Assembly (NCBI RefSeq): GCF_036321535.1
Contig: NC_087437.1
Coordinates: forward strand, 53,508,001 to 53,572,000
Direction of reading: 5' to 3'
Length of the DNA stretch: 64,000 nt
DNA from: Camelus dromedarius
Lineage: Eukaryota
Below the pieces are notes generated by a model that saw only the letters and a list, made by a program, of their open reading frames with translations, searched no databases and was not told the origin of the DNA. How positions within the stretch are numbered: position 1 is the stretch's first letter; the number at the start of each line of letters is the position of its first letter. Below are positions 1-11,133 of the stretch, piece by piece. The position numbers and the translations under genes are program-made.

Positions 1-1204
1 CAATTTTCCAGAATGGCTGTACCATTTTCCATTCCCACTGGCAAATCATGAGTGATCCATTTTCATTGTGTCCTTTCCCAAATTTAGTATTCTTGCTATT
101 TTTTTTTGATCTTTAAAAAATTTTCCCCACCTTAAAAAATTATCATCCAAAGTCCATAGTTTATACTAGGATTCACTCTTGGTGTTATACATTCTGTGGA
201 TTTTGACAAATGTATAGTGACCAGTATAATGGCATGTACCCCCTATCATGGTGTTTCTTACTGTTTTTAATTTTAGCCATTCTAGTAGGTGTGTAGTGAT
301 CTCACTGCAGTTTTAATTTGCCTTTCCCTAATGGCTAATAATGTTGAAAACTTTTTTCATATGTTTGCCATTCGTATATAATAGGAAATAGGATATTCAT
401 GAAATATCCTTCATGTTTGTTGCCCATTTTCTAATTGGATTTTTGTTTGTTTTACTGTTTCATTTTGAGAGTTTGTTGAATAATCTAAACATAAATTCTT
501 CATCAGATGTGTGGTTTGCTAATATTTTCTCCCGGTCTGTTGGGGGACTCATGGAGGGCCGGTGTCACGGGTTGGTAAAAGAATTTACCAAAGGCACGGA
601 GAAATTTAAGAACAAAGGAAAGTTTAATAGGTTCTCTGCTACAGGCAGCTGTAGCAGAGGCTACACTGTAGGCACTTCTTGTCTGTGTGTCCACCGAGTG
701 TGAACGTGCAGGGTCTTTTATTGAGGATGGGGCTGGGAACACAAAGGGCTAGGGGAACAGCTTTCTGATTGGCTATATGTGAGGTAAGGGGCTTTGGTAC
801 ATGGGAGGATAGTGGATTTATGACTCCAGTAAGATGGAGACATGGGCTGACACAGACAAGGTAATGGAATTTATGATTCGGATAAGGGGGAGACGTGGGC
901 TTGGACAAGTCAGCCTGAGCTACGGTGAGGCTAGCCATTCCCCAGGGCTGTTAATTCTGCGAAGGCAGACACCCGTCAGGACTTTATCTTCCGAAGAGGA
1001 GCAATCAGATGCCTAAGGGCTGGAAGTTTGGGGGACCGCAGGGCCTCAGCAGGCACCAGTTGGCACTGCACAGTCTCTAGCTCTGAACAGGGTCTTTGGC
1101 AGAGCAAAAGTTTTCATTGTGGTGAGGTCTCATTTACCATCCTTTTCTGGAATGGCTCAGGCCTTTGGTGTCATGTGTAAGAAATCTTTGCCTGGCTCTC
1201 AGTC
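1..1204 (-). mobile_element. Old LINE-1 (L1M) fragments, antisense, interrupted by a solo LTR at 538-1070
   Basis: Typical antisense L1 text (ttttccagaatggctgtaccattttccattcccact; tttaatttgcctttccctaatggctaataatgttgaa; aatattttctcc...) resumes after 1070 (gcagagcaaaagtttt...aagaaatctttgcct). Confidence 0.8.
538..1070 (-). mobile_element. Solo ERV LTR
   Basis: TG...CA ends and a 5-bp TSD CGGTC (533-537)/CAGTC (1071-1075). On the minus strand, CCAAT (768-772), a TATA-like AATAAAA (716-722) and ATTAAA (623-628) occur in U3-R order. It splits a colinear L1. Confidence 0.7.
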
Positions 1205-1842
1205 CCTGTATTAGTTTCCCAGGGTTGCCATAACAATGCACCACAAGCTCGATGACTTAAAGAAGAAAAACTTATTTTTACCTCCTACTGTGGCAGAATA
1301 TTTAATTTTCAGGTATGTTCTTTCCTGTTATCTCTCTAAATATAATAATTATACTTATATTTTTAAGTTTTACCCCCTCTCCTTTTTTTTTTTTTATGCT
1401 ATTAGTTGGGTGTAAATTGGGTGTAAATTCTTCTATTCATTAAAGTTGTGGCTTATGTCAGATCCCATCTGTTGGTACTTAGCCTTATATCCACTTTTCT
1501 GTATCCCCTTTGTATTCCTGAAGCTGGGTGTCTCAAATGACCTATCCTAGACTCCCTTGCTGGATCAGTTCCAGTTAGACTCCACAAATGGGAGGCAATC
1601 ATGCAAGACTGAAGGGGGAGAAAGGGAGAAGCTATGGTGTTTCAGGCTGTGCCCCTGGGCAGTGTCAGTGGCCAGGCTCCTTCTCAGGGCAGTTGTGGAG
1701 GCTCCAGCAGCACAGGCAGGGTGTGCAGGTGCACAGCCCAGGGGCAGCAGCCACTTCCTGATCTCTGGGCAATGTCATCTCCCTCCCTTTGCATCTCCAG
1801 CCTTTCCAAAGTGATTGTGGGAAATTCCTTGACTAGTTACAG

Positions 1843-1954
1843 TATTTTGATATGATGAGTGGTCCAACATCACAGGCTCTCAAAGATACAAGTCTAGGGT
1901 TGCTTATCTGAACAGGCCTCCCTCCCAGTGGAAGCGGATTATTGTTAGTTCAAA
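1843..1954 (+). pseudogene. Fossil exon of a GREB1-family-like pseudogene (F*YDEWSNITGSQRYKSRVAYLNRPPSQWKRIIVSS)
   Basis: tacag| ... |gtacga boundaries; phase 2 out; one TGA stop. The 5' boundary is uncertain because LTR-like sequence lies upstream. Confidence 0.45.
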
Positions 1955-2264
1955 GTACGATACTTAAAATTAGTATCTGAGTTTGCCTTGGATGGAGTAC
2001 AATTTTAGCCAAGACTTTGGAAGAAATAAAAGAATTTTTTTTTCCATTTCTAGGGGTTTTGGGACGGAGTGGAAGGCTGCAGCATGTGCTTCCTCTCTTG
2101 TCTTGCTCCGATCTTCTGGATTATTTTTCAAAAACAGTGATTATGTGTAGTTATTTTGATTGAGATTATTTTTTTTTAAAAAATCACAATTAAGCAAGAA
2201 TATGGCAATACTTAACCATACTTATGGGAACCAAATCACGTGACCTACTGTGTCAATATCCCAG

Positions 2265-2341
2265 TTCACATGCTGACAGGGGAGTGAACAGTAGCCATGA
2301 TACCCTGGAGGAAATGATCACATTTGATTATTCCACTCGAG
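2265..2341 (+). pseudogene. Fossil exon (NSHADRGVNSSHDTLEEMITFDYSTR)
   Basis: cccag| ... |gtagta; phase 2 in, phase 1 out; no stop; bridges the phases of both neighbours. Confidence 0.4.
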
Positions 2342-2412
2342 GTAGTAACAGTTCTGTTTTGGGAAAAAGACTAGCCTCAGGGCATCACTGGCTGAATGTT
2401 TTTCAGTTGTAG

Positions 2413-2542
2413 TCTCTAAACCAGTATGCCGCTGAATTGCCTCTCTCCACAAGACGGCCTTTGTGGTGAATGGCGATTTTCCTGAGGCCTCAGAATGACA
2501 GGCCTTCCCAATGTCACTGGCTGACAGTCAGACCAGCACAGT
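2413..2542 (+). pseudogene. Fossil exon (VSKPVCR*IASLHKTAFVVNGDFPEASE*QAFPMSLADSQTST)
   Basis: ttgtag| ... |gttagt; phase 1 in, phase 2 out; both stops are TGA. Confidence 0.5.
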
Positions 2543-3108
2543 GTTAGTGTGATTTGGGGGCTAAAGTCATTCTATCTTGTGCAATAGTTAAAGCCTGCTG
2601 TAACCAGCTGTATTCCCATAAGATCAGAAATATTGGAATAAGATACTTTTTATGCCAACCCCAAAGCTGCCCTGAAGTATGTGCATGAATCTTAGGGTCT
2701 TATTAGGAGGGGTGAGGGACATAACATTCTAGAAAGCATATGTGTTTTGTTGTTGAACAGACTAGGTTCAAATCTTGGATCTCTGTCCTGGATAAGTCAC
2801 TTACTTCACTGAACTCCAGACACTTGATTTGTAAAAGAGGAGACATCCGTAGCTGTCTCCAAGGGAAGATTAAATATGATCACTCCCTTATTTTTGATTC
2901 AGCATTTATCGTTGCCCATCTTGTCCCAGATCTTATTTTGGGGCTTGGGGATAAAACATGGAATAGGCAAGGCATGGCTCTCATGAAATTTATGTTCTAG
3001 AAAGGAGAGATAGCAACACAAACCCCAAATAATTAAGAAATGCTGCAGTAAAAATAAAGCAATGATGTAATTGAGAGTTGCTGCAGTTTCTCTGTCTTTT
3101 GTCCTCAG

Positions 3109-3295
3109 TCCAGTCTGTCCAGTAAACTATCTAGAACGTCATTTTCATAAGTCCCTCACCTAAGCCATTGAGCCCTTGGAAAGAGACTCATGATGGCTCC
3201 AATCTCAAAGGCCTACCTACTGTGACTTCTCTAGAAATACTTGCATAATAACAGGAGACCAAGACCTTTGCTTAGACTTTTACTTTACTTTGCTG
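3109..3295 (+). pseudogene. Fossil exon (PVCPVNYLERHFHKSLT*AIEPLERDS*WLQSQRPTYCDFSRNTCIITG...)
   Basis: Good polypyrimidine acceptor tctctgtcttttgtcctcag|; weak donor. The HF..L...W...TY.D.....CII.G pattern resembles recalled GREB1/GREB1L 'HFVARL...[22 protein letters not shown]'. Confidence 0.6.
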
Positions 3296-3393
3296 GTAGA
3301 TTTTTAGGCTCTGTGTGGCCAGTAGAGGTGGTATTCAGGGATAGGCAGACACTTGCTCAGCCTGAGAACATTCTGTTTCTGAATGTCTTGTAG

Positions 3394-3523
3394 GAGTTGG
3401 TGCCAGCATCCGGAGCCCTTGCTGGGGTCATGATTTAATGCATCAGAATTCGTGGCTTGCAGAAACTGGCTGTGATCCTGCCCTTCAAAAACAGAATGTG
3501 GGTTTGCTATGAAAGAGTCCAAG
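3394..3523 (+). pseudogene. Fossil exon (ELVPASGALAGVMI*CIRIRGLQKLAVILPFKNRMWVCYERVQ)
   Basis: gtcttgtag| ... AAG|gtgtga; phase 0 in, phase 1 out; one stop. Confidence 0.5.
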
Positions 3524-3957
3524 GTGTGAATATTGCCATTTTAAGCCTAAGCCTTCTAGGAACACCCATGTGGGTTACAGCCTCTGGTCCTCCATGCTGC
3601 TCCCAGCCCAGAGCAGGGTTCACCAATAGGTGGATCAGGCATATATTTAAGGTGCTGGCAAAATGAGGACTCATACATACATACAAAGGTAGTTTTCAAA
3701 AACTTATCCAAAATTTTGGAAACAGAAAAACCTTGAAAGATGGTATTCTATTATCCTATTTAATATGTTTTCTGATATATTGACTCTGAATCACACAGAG
3801 GTGGGGACTCCAAACTCATTTGGAATACAGGGCCTTTAAATGTCTTAATCTGGCCCTGACCCCAGAAACATCCCCTCACCTCAGTTCTCAAAATTAACAT
3901 ACAAACTCTTTCTCTAATCTGGGGTTCAGGCCAGAAAGCAGAGGATGTGTTGTAGTT

Positions 3958-4180
3958 CTTTTTTTAAATTGAAGTACAGTTTACAGTATTGTGTCAATTT
4001 CTGGTGTACAGCATAGTGTTTCAGTCATACATATACATATATATGTTCCTTTTCATGTTCTTTTTCATTATAGGTTACTACAGGATATTGAATATAGTTC
4101 CCTGTGCTATACAGTATAAACTTGTTGTTTACCTATTTTATATATAGTAGTTAGTATCTGCAAATCTCAAACTCCTAGTC
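3958..4180 (-). mobile_element. Truncated lineage-specific L1 3' end
   Basis: ttttttaaattgaagtacagtttacagtattgtgtcaatttctggtgtacagc...; near-identical family copies at 6071, 34140 and 56738. Confidence 0.8.
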
Positions 4181-4424
4181 CCTGGGATTTGGATTTATCC
4201 CTTGCTGTTGTATTTCTTGCTATATTGCAGCTCCCACTGACTGTTCCCCCTTCTGAAAGGCCAGTGGCTAAACCACACCATATCACATTTCATCATGCAC
4301 AGTGAGCAGGAGTGTGATGGTGGTAATTGGTGCCCCAGACTTATTAGCGCAAATGAGGAGGGGGAGGCCTCTTGGACCAGTGGGCAATTCATTTTACATA
4401 AGGAAATATCTTGTTTTCCTCCTT

Positions 4425-4684
4425 CTGGTCTTGACCCTCGGCCTTGTCTTCTGTTGCTGTTGTAAGAGGCAAAAATAAGGGCCAAGGTCTGGAAACATGA
4501 GTGTTGTGACTGAAGCCCCACTTGGCTTCCCAAGACCAAACTGGGTTGCACCAGGTTACGCGGGGCGGAGACCTGAAGCATCTGCCAGGGGCCGGGGCCC
4601 GCCCATTGGTCTCTGGCTCTCATTGTGCTGGCCAATCAGAAGGGACAACTGTGGGGCGGGGACTGCCTGTCTCCATGAGTACCA
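4425..4684 (+). promoter_or_regulatory. ADIPOQ: ADIPOQ proximal promoter (TATA-less): DR1/PPRE-like 4432-4444, LRH-1/NR5A-like CCAAGGTCT 4482-4490, CCAAT 4632-4636, GC boxes 4562-4570 and 4653-4661
   Basis: Motifs are read directly. The sequence ctgttgctgttgtaagaggcaaaaataaggg..caagg matches my recollection of the human ADIPOQ promoter with its PPRE and LRH-1 sites. Confidence 0.8.
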
Positions 4685-4759
4685 GCTGCTGAGGCTGGGC
4701 CATCTCCTCCTTGCCTCCATTCCTGACGGCAGTCTGGGGCTCCGAGTCCACAACTGAGG
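4685..4759 (+). other. ADIPOQ: ADIPOQ non-coding exon 1 (TSS approximate)
   Basis: gctgctgaggctgggccatctcctcc...gagg|gtaagg resembles the known ADIPOQ 5'UTR; donor GT at 4760. Confidence 0.85.
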
Positions 4760-6035
4760 GTAAGGACAATTGATTCAAATTCTAGGCTGGAGGTGAAGAT
4801 GGCTGCCCTGCAATGGAGCCTCTGGCTGGGGTGTGCCCGCGCTTTCCCGTTGTAGCGGGGTGGGGAGGGATACAGTCAAAACCCTGGTGGGGGCAGCACT
4901 GGCGGAGGCAGACAGGCCTCCGGCTTCTTCCTTGATGCTCCCACAGCTCCAACAGAAAAGGGACTGTCCCTTCTGGTCAGAATGCCTGGGACCATCCTGA
5001 ACTTTGCCCAGTTCACGTGTATTAAGAAGACTCACCAAAGAAAAGGTTGAGGTCAGTGAAGTGAGAGGGATGGCCCAGCAGTAAAGTCCAATTAAATAAG
5101 AGGAGAAGGGGACAAGTCACTTCTCAGCTTGACCGCAGAGGGCAGAGAAAGTAAAGCTCACGAAGAGGCAGCCTGAGGGAAGCCCGAGCGCCGACCTCAG
5201 ACTGAGTTTGGAATCTAGCTCTACCCCTGATTCTACTCAGGAACGTTTATTGAGCAGATTCTACGGACCAGACACTGGGTAGAGTGGGTGAGATACAAAG
5301 GTGGGTGAGGCACGGTCGCGCTCTGTGGGCGTGGGGGTATCTGTAGATACGTGCGTGTCTACACCCATGCGGGGATATCTCCCAGGGTGCTTGAGGAGTT
5401 CTGGCGAGGTGAAGTGAGCGAGGGACCTGGTATATGCTGGGAGCTTATGAAAAATCTTATTTGTAGCAGACATCTTCTGACAAAAACAACTGACTCTGTC
5501 TTGCTTTTGCAAAGCCCAGTCCTGCTCGCCCTAGCGGCATTTGAGGCATCCTGGCTGTTTTCAGTTACAGTCGCAGAGGCCGGAGTGGGAGGGGTTTTAG
5601 AGATCAGGCCTGCCCTCAGGTGTCAGAGGACCCCGGCCCCTGGTCTGGGGATCAAGCCTCGCCAGGAGTACAGCCGCCTTACTCCTGGTGACTCCTCCCA
5701 TTAGGGGTAAAGCAGGCTCCTCCCGACAGTGCTGGGGAGCAGGAGGGCCTTCATGCTGGCATGATATGCCTAGAGGAGCATGAGGGTGTCAGCCTTGTCC
5801 TTGAAGCAGAGCAGTGTAAAGGGAGCCCCACAGCTTAGTGGGCAGTCCATGTTGCCCCCTTCCCTCAATTCTCAAGGAGTTGTAAAGAGAGACACAGGAC
5901 TTGCTTCTTGTCCTTTCTGAGGTGGCTGTAGGCCACCTTCCTCCTTCTCCTTGTCAAGCCGGGAGATCAATAGCCCCAGACACCTGGCTGAGGTCAGGAA
6001 GCAGAAGTAGAAGCTTTGAAGACTAGAAGCTTTCT

Positions 6036-6333
6036 TTCTTTCCTTTAAACAAGCAAAAAAAAAAAAGGCTTTTTTTAAAAAAGATTGAAATATAGTTAAT
6101 TTACAATGTGTCAATTTCTGGTGTACAGCATAATGTTTCAGTCATACATATACATACATATATTCCTTTTCATGTTCTTTTTCACTATAGGTTACTACAA
6201 GATATTGAATATAGTTCCCTGTGCTGTACAGTAGAAACTTGTTTGTCTATTTTAAATATAGTAGTATCTGCAAATCTCGAACTACCAATTTATCCCTTCC
6301 CACCTCCTTCCTCCATGGTCACCGCTGAGTTTT
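6036..6333 (-). mobile_element. 5'-truncated lineage-specific L1 insertion with a 16-bp TSD
   Basis: Perfect TSD agactagaagctttct at 6020-6035 and 6334-6349; body homologous to 3958-4180. Confidence 0.85.
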
Positions 6334-6434
6334 AGACTAGAAGCTTTCTATCAGGAATTCTTTCACATGGAGAGAGACTGATCCCAAAAATGTGGTGGAG
6401 GAGTACTCTGATTTACCAGTTCCTTGGGAATACA

Positions 6435-6538
<104 letters not shown>

Positions 6539-7371
6539 GGGACCCAGGCATGCTGAGTGAAAGCCTTCAGGAAATCCTCCTGGGAGCCAGGCTGAACCTA
6601 GCTGATTCCTGGTTCTGCCATCTGTTATTAGGTTGCATCAGGTGAAACTGCTGATATTCTACCATTTTTGACCTTTAAAAATGGCAGTTTCATTTAATTC
6701 AATCCAAAAATTACAAGATCTTAAGTCAGCATCTTGGGGTTTCTGAATCTCAGATTCTTCTCTATAGTGGACTCAAAAGCAGGGCTATCAGGAGGATTAA
6801 ACGAAATATGGTTTGAAACTGCTTTATGCAATTTATACTTCCAAGTACCCTTACCAACTTCAAGTCTTCTCGTGTCCCTCCTCTTAAACATGATCTCATG
6901 GAGCAGACTAAGAAGCTGAGTCTGAGAAGCCCATTTAGCAGCAGGGTAATGTGACAGGAAGCTCACTGGTTTGGAAGTCAGGTTGGGAATCTCTCAGGGA
7001 TCATCTCCTTAATCTCTCAGTTTCCCCCTCTCTAGAGTTGGGGTTATTTTCCTTGCTTCTTGGAGTTCTTGTAAAGATTGAAATAAATAATAAATAGTGT
7101 AAGTAATGTGTGAAAGCTCCTAGTGTGAGAGCTAGTTTCAATGAGGCTCTAATAAATATATCCCTTTCTTTCCCCTTAGCCTCCCTTTGTAAAAGCAGGG
7201 CAGGGGTGAGATGATTTCTGGGGTCCCTTTCAGTTCTTGGGGACTCTAGGATCTGGGCTTTAGTGCCCTTTCCTGCTGGAGGAGTTGGCACTGGCTTTGG
7301 TGACCTCTTTCCCCCATCCCACTCTGTCTCCTGCCAGTCCCAAGGGAGACCTCATCCTTGCATTTCACAAG

Positions 7372-7485
7372 ATTCTGCTATTGTTACTGAAATTCCAGCA
7401 GGTCAAAGTGGAATTTCTCATAAACTTAACATATGAAAATGAGAGATCATAATATGGCCCCTTAGGATCCAGAGTGGAACACTTC
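7372..7485 (+). pseudogene. Fossil exon inside ADIPOQ intron 1 (DSAIVTEIPAGQSGISHKLNI*K*EIIIWPLRIQSGTLQ)
   Basis: catccttgcatttcacaag| ... TTC|gtaagt (consensus donor); phase 1/1; two TGA stops. Weakly resembles the GREB1 P-loop segment 'LLLSGPPQIGKTGAYLQF'. Confidence 0.55.
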
Positions 7486-7499
7486 GTAAGTTTATAAAA

Positions 7500-8110
7500 T
7501 ACATCTTCATACTTTTAGTCAACTGATTCTCACAACAATACTGTGAAATAGGCTGGGTAACAATTCATTAATAATCACCTTTGCCTGCAAAGAGCATTGA
7601 GGTCTGGGAGGTGGCTTAGGGACAGGTAAGTCACCCAGTGAGTTAATGGTGGAGCCTGGACTAGAAGCCAGGCCACTTGCATCATAATCTGGAGGATTTT
7701 TTACACTATTTTCTCTTTTACGCCCATCCTGTGGAGTGGAATAGGCAGATATGTGACCTTGATGCTGTTTTCCTCCTTTGGGTTATGTCTAAGGATCCAT
7801 TGTTGAGCTTTGGAAGCCGATAGTTTGAGTTCCTCTACATTTAGCTCTGGAATCTTGGACAAGTCACTTAACCTCCCTGAAACCCACTTTTCTCATCTCT
7901 AGAATGGATACAGTCATAGACAGCATTTATTGAGCACTGACACATGTCAGGACTGTTCTAAGTACTTTACGTGGATTGTGCCTTTTAATCCTCCAACAAA
8001 TGTATGGCTGAAACATGTTACAAGTGAGAACAAATTCTCCCTTATTCTGTCTCTCAAAATTGTTGTGAGAATTAAATGAGATATCGAGTGAGGTGAGGAC
8101 TTACAAATGG
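7500..8110. mobile_element. MIR SINE fragments
   Basis: MIR core words: aagtcacttaacctccctgaaacccacttttctcatct; ttgttgtgagaattaaatgagat; catttattgagcactga. Confidence 0.7.
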
Positions 8111-8337
8111 CATTCTACAAAGACAAAGAATTGTAAGTGGTACTTGGGATTTAGCTTCATGGTTCATGTAAATGGTCTCTTTATAGGCATAATTGAGTCT
8201 TAGATTATAGTCTTAGATTACAGTTTCATTTAATAATGTTTTTCCCTATGGAAAAAGAGGTCTTTCAAAAATCGAAATATAATAATTGCTATATCTAAAC
8301 AGAGAGCACAAATAATTTTGTAATAAATTTTTTCAAG

Positions 8338-8543
8338 AATTCAGCATCTCTGCACTGACCTTCAATTGTTATCAATTGCTGATTTTTCCATCCAGAACTC
8401 GGTTAGATGACAACCTTCTTCTTCAGTCAGAATCTGTTCTTAGCATCAGAAACATCCTAGGATTGAGTGTCCATCTACCCCAATCCCTCTTTCCAGTACC
8501 TCCACCCTATGTCACTGTCATGGAACCCAGACTGGTTGCCTCT
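8338..8543 (+). pseudogene. Fossil exon inside ADIPOQ intron 1, stop-free (FSISALTFNCYQLLIFPSRTRLDDNLLLQ...PPPYVTVMEPRLVAS)
   Basis: ttttttcaag| ... TCT|gtgagt; phase 1 in, phase 0 out; 68 open codons. Confidence 0.6.
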
Positions 8544-9034
8544 GTGAGTGGAGAAATCTGTCCATACCACTGAAGTGTTTGAGGACCGAATGACTTTCCT
8601 TGGGCTGGGAGAATAGAATCTTGATTTTAAAAGAGGAGGAGGAACCAGAGAACTCTAGAGACCTAAAATTATACTCCTTCCAATGGTTGGAGGAAGCCCC
8701 CAGTCACCCTTTATCTTTGAGGCCCTTGGTAGCTGCCTCCACCAATTCTCGTGTTCTGGATTCTCTCCTCCTGTCTCCCTGTGGAAAAGAACACAGTCTA
8801 TACATTCTTCCCTGCTCATTTCTGGAGAAAGCAAGCACAAAGCCTCTCTGTGGTCCTAGGAGTTTTATTGCTAACCCCATAAGGGGAAAGGATGGAGGTG
8901 ACAAATCGTGGGAAATTTGAATGACATATGCAGCCTTAAAAGTCTCAGAACAAGTATACTCCTTAAATACAAAAGGGGCTTGACTGGTCTTTTCTTGGCT
9001 TCTCGTCTAACTTCCCTCTTTCTTTTTATCTTAG

Positions 9035-9126
9035 AACAAGCCAAGCCTAAACTCTCTCTCACTTCATTTCCAGCAGCTGTTGAGAATGCCCCTTGAGCCC
9101 TCCAAAGCCAGTAGGGGGCGACAAAG
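9035..9126 (+). pseudogene. Fossil exon inside ADIPOQ intron 1, stop-free (NKPSLNSLSLHFQQLLRMPLEPSKASRGRQ)
   Basis: Branch-like CTAAC (9007-9011), strong pyrimidine tract and ttag|; AAG|gtacat donor; phase 0 in, phase 2 out, matching the SAM exon at 15717. Confidence 0.6.
9108..9121 (+). promoter_or_regulatory. Candidate CTCF site CCAGTAGGGGGCGA
   Basis: Close match to the CTCF core consensus CCASYAGRKGGCR. Confidence 0.6.
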
Positions 9127-9344
9127 GTACATGTTGATGGCGAGAGAGTGCCTTGAGCAGCATCCAATCAATACGCACGTGTCTCAGTTGCTGTGCTGCA
9201 CCTGTTCTCTGCTCAGTTCTCACGTTATGAATAAGATGATATTAGAACCTGACATGTGATAAGCGATGCGTCAGATCAATAGAGACAGGCATGATTAACT
9301 TAATTAAAGGTGTCTTTTAGACAGCACGTCTTCAAATAGGAAGA

Positions 9345-10330
9345 AGTCACTTGTTGTCTTAGATCACAGCTCACACCAAAACAAAATATCAGAGATGAAT
9401 TAAAGAGTGAAATTTAAAATATACCAAACAATAGAAGAAAATAAAATATTTACCAAAACTCTACTATGGATAAGAACAGTTTAACACTTAGAAGCAAAAC
9501 AAACAAAAAAAAGAATCAACAGAGTTGACTATATAAAAACTAAAACTTCTGTCACCTAAAAATCAGGACAAACAAAACAAAAGAATAATCTTTACATTAG
9601 AGGTAGTTGTCATAGCACATATGACAAAGTGTTGATATAAATTAATTCAAAAAGCACATTGTGTCCCTAATAAAATGAGAAAGAACACTAACAGAGCTAC
9701 CATAAATGAGGAAATTAAATTAGGAAATAGGCCTTTAATAAAATGTACAACTCACTAATGGTCAAAGCAGTGAGGTACCATTTCTTTTGCTCACTAAACT
9801 AAGAACAACAAAATGTTTGTGATGATTCTGTCCGAAGCTGGTGAGGGTGCAGTTCAGAAAGGCTGTCTTACACATGCGTTACTGTACTGCCGAGTGACAG
9901 AGGGACAAACCATAACTTGGGGACATGCATCAAGAGTCTTAAAAATGTTCGTCCCTTTTGGTCCAGAAATTTTTCTTCTGGGAACATGTCATAGCAGAAA
10001 AATAATTTGGGGACAAGCTATACGCCTAAGGATGTTTCTTATAGATTTTAAAATAATGTTTTGAAATGGAAATATGTTCAAAGTTCAACAAAATGGAAAT
10101 GTTGAAGTATATTTTGGCTATATCCACTTGCTGGACTAGCACGTGCACATTTACAATGATGGTTATAAAAACTGGAAAATGGCAAGGCAAAAATAGGGGA
10201 GTAAAATTTCTATGTAAAGTATGATTTCCACCATGTTTCAGAATAAAAAGAAAGATTCTTGGGAATGGGGATTGTTTTGTTTTCTGTAGTTCCCAAAGTA
10301 TTTATCTTACTATTTTTAATGAACACACAA
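9345..10330 (+). mobile_element. Ancient L1ME-type fragment
   Basis: Degenerate ORF2-end/3'UTR words: cacaccaaaacaaaatatcagagatgaattaaaga; gttgactatataaaaactaaaacttctg; caagagtcttaaaaatgttcgtcccttttggtccagaaatt. Confidence 0.65.
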
Positions 10331-10679
10331 GTATATGTTTATATGAAAGATGAGCATATATATAAACATGTTATTTCTATATAACATTTATGTATATATA
10401 TAAATGTATACATAAACTTACCATGTATGTGATGAGTTTCATATATCTGTATGTATGAAAGAGAAGCTGGTTGTGTCCCATGGAGAGGGCATTATAGGGC
10501 CCCCGGTAATGGGCATATAAGAGTGGGATTCCAAGCACCACGCATGTCTTTGGGGGTAAGATTGCCAATCAGGGTCTTTTCTCTCAGAGGAACTGTCTCC
10601 TGAAGCCAAACTCAATTCTGGAGGCTTTGTGAAATCTATAAGAGACAAGCAAATGATGAAAAATAGCGAGTCTTTAGGA

Positions 10680-11133
10680 TAAAAAAAGTACACATGGACT
10701 GTGTTTTGTTTAGAGTCAGGTTCTTGGGGCTAACTAACTACCTTTCAAACTCCACAGAGGGTCTTAGTGATGCCTGTTATCCAGGATCCTAGGACCCATT
10801 TCCCTCTGTGCTTTCTCTCAAGTCCTTGGTGAGAAAGGGATGAGGAGACCAAGACTCTGGCAATCAGACGTGGGGGGCTAAGGTCACCTGATAACAGGGG
10901 CAGAGATGGGTGGGGACCAGAGCCCTTATGCACGTGAAGGACTGTCTTCCAGGAGTAGGGTATGGAGAGCTGGTTCTGAGACAGGGAGCCCCCTTGGCCC
11001 CCTGTGCCCCTTGAGCTTTTTGCTGGAGCTCCCAGAATACACTTTCTAAACATACTCCACCCTCCCCCTCCTCTTTCTCTCCTCCTTTCTCCTTTCCTTT
11101 CTCCTTCCCTCCTCTCTCTGGCTCTCTTGCTCT
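10680..11133 (+). repeat. Direct-repeat copy A (ADIPOQ intron 1) of 12458-12893
   Basis: Base-by-base alignment; the core 10856-11056 vs 12618-12817 is identical except for a 1-C indel. Confidence 0.97.

Noticed and set aside
10680..11133. Possible second ADIPOQ copy or pseudo-exon 3
   Set aside because: The duplication stops in the pyrimidine tract and no exon 3 coding sequence follows; an L2-like fragment comes next.
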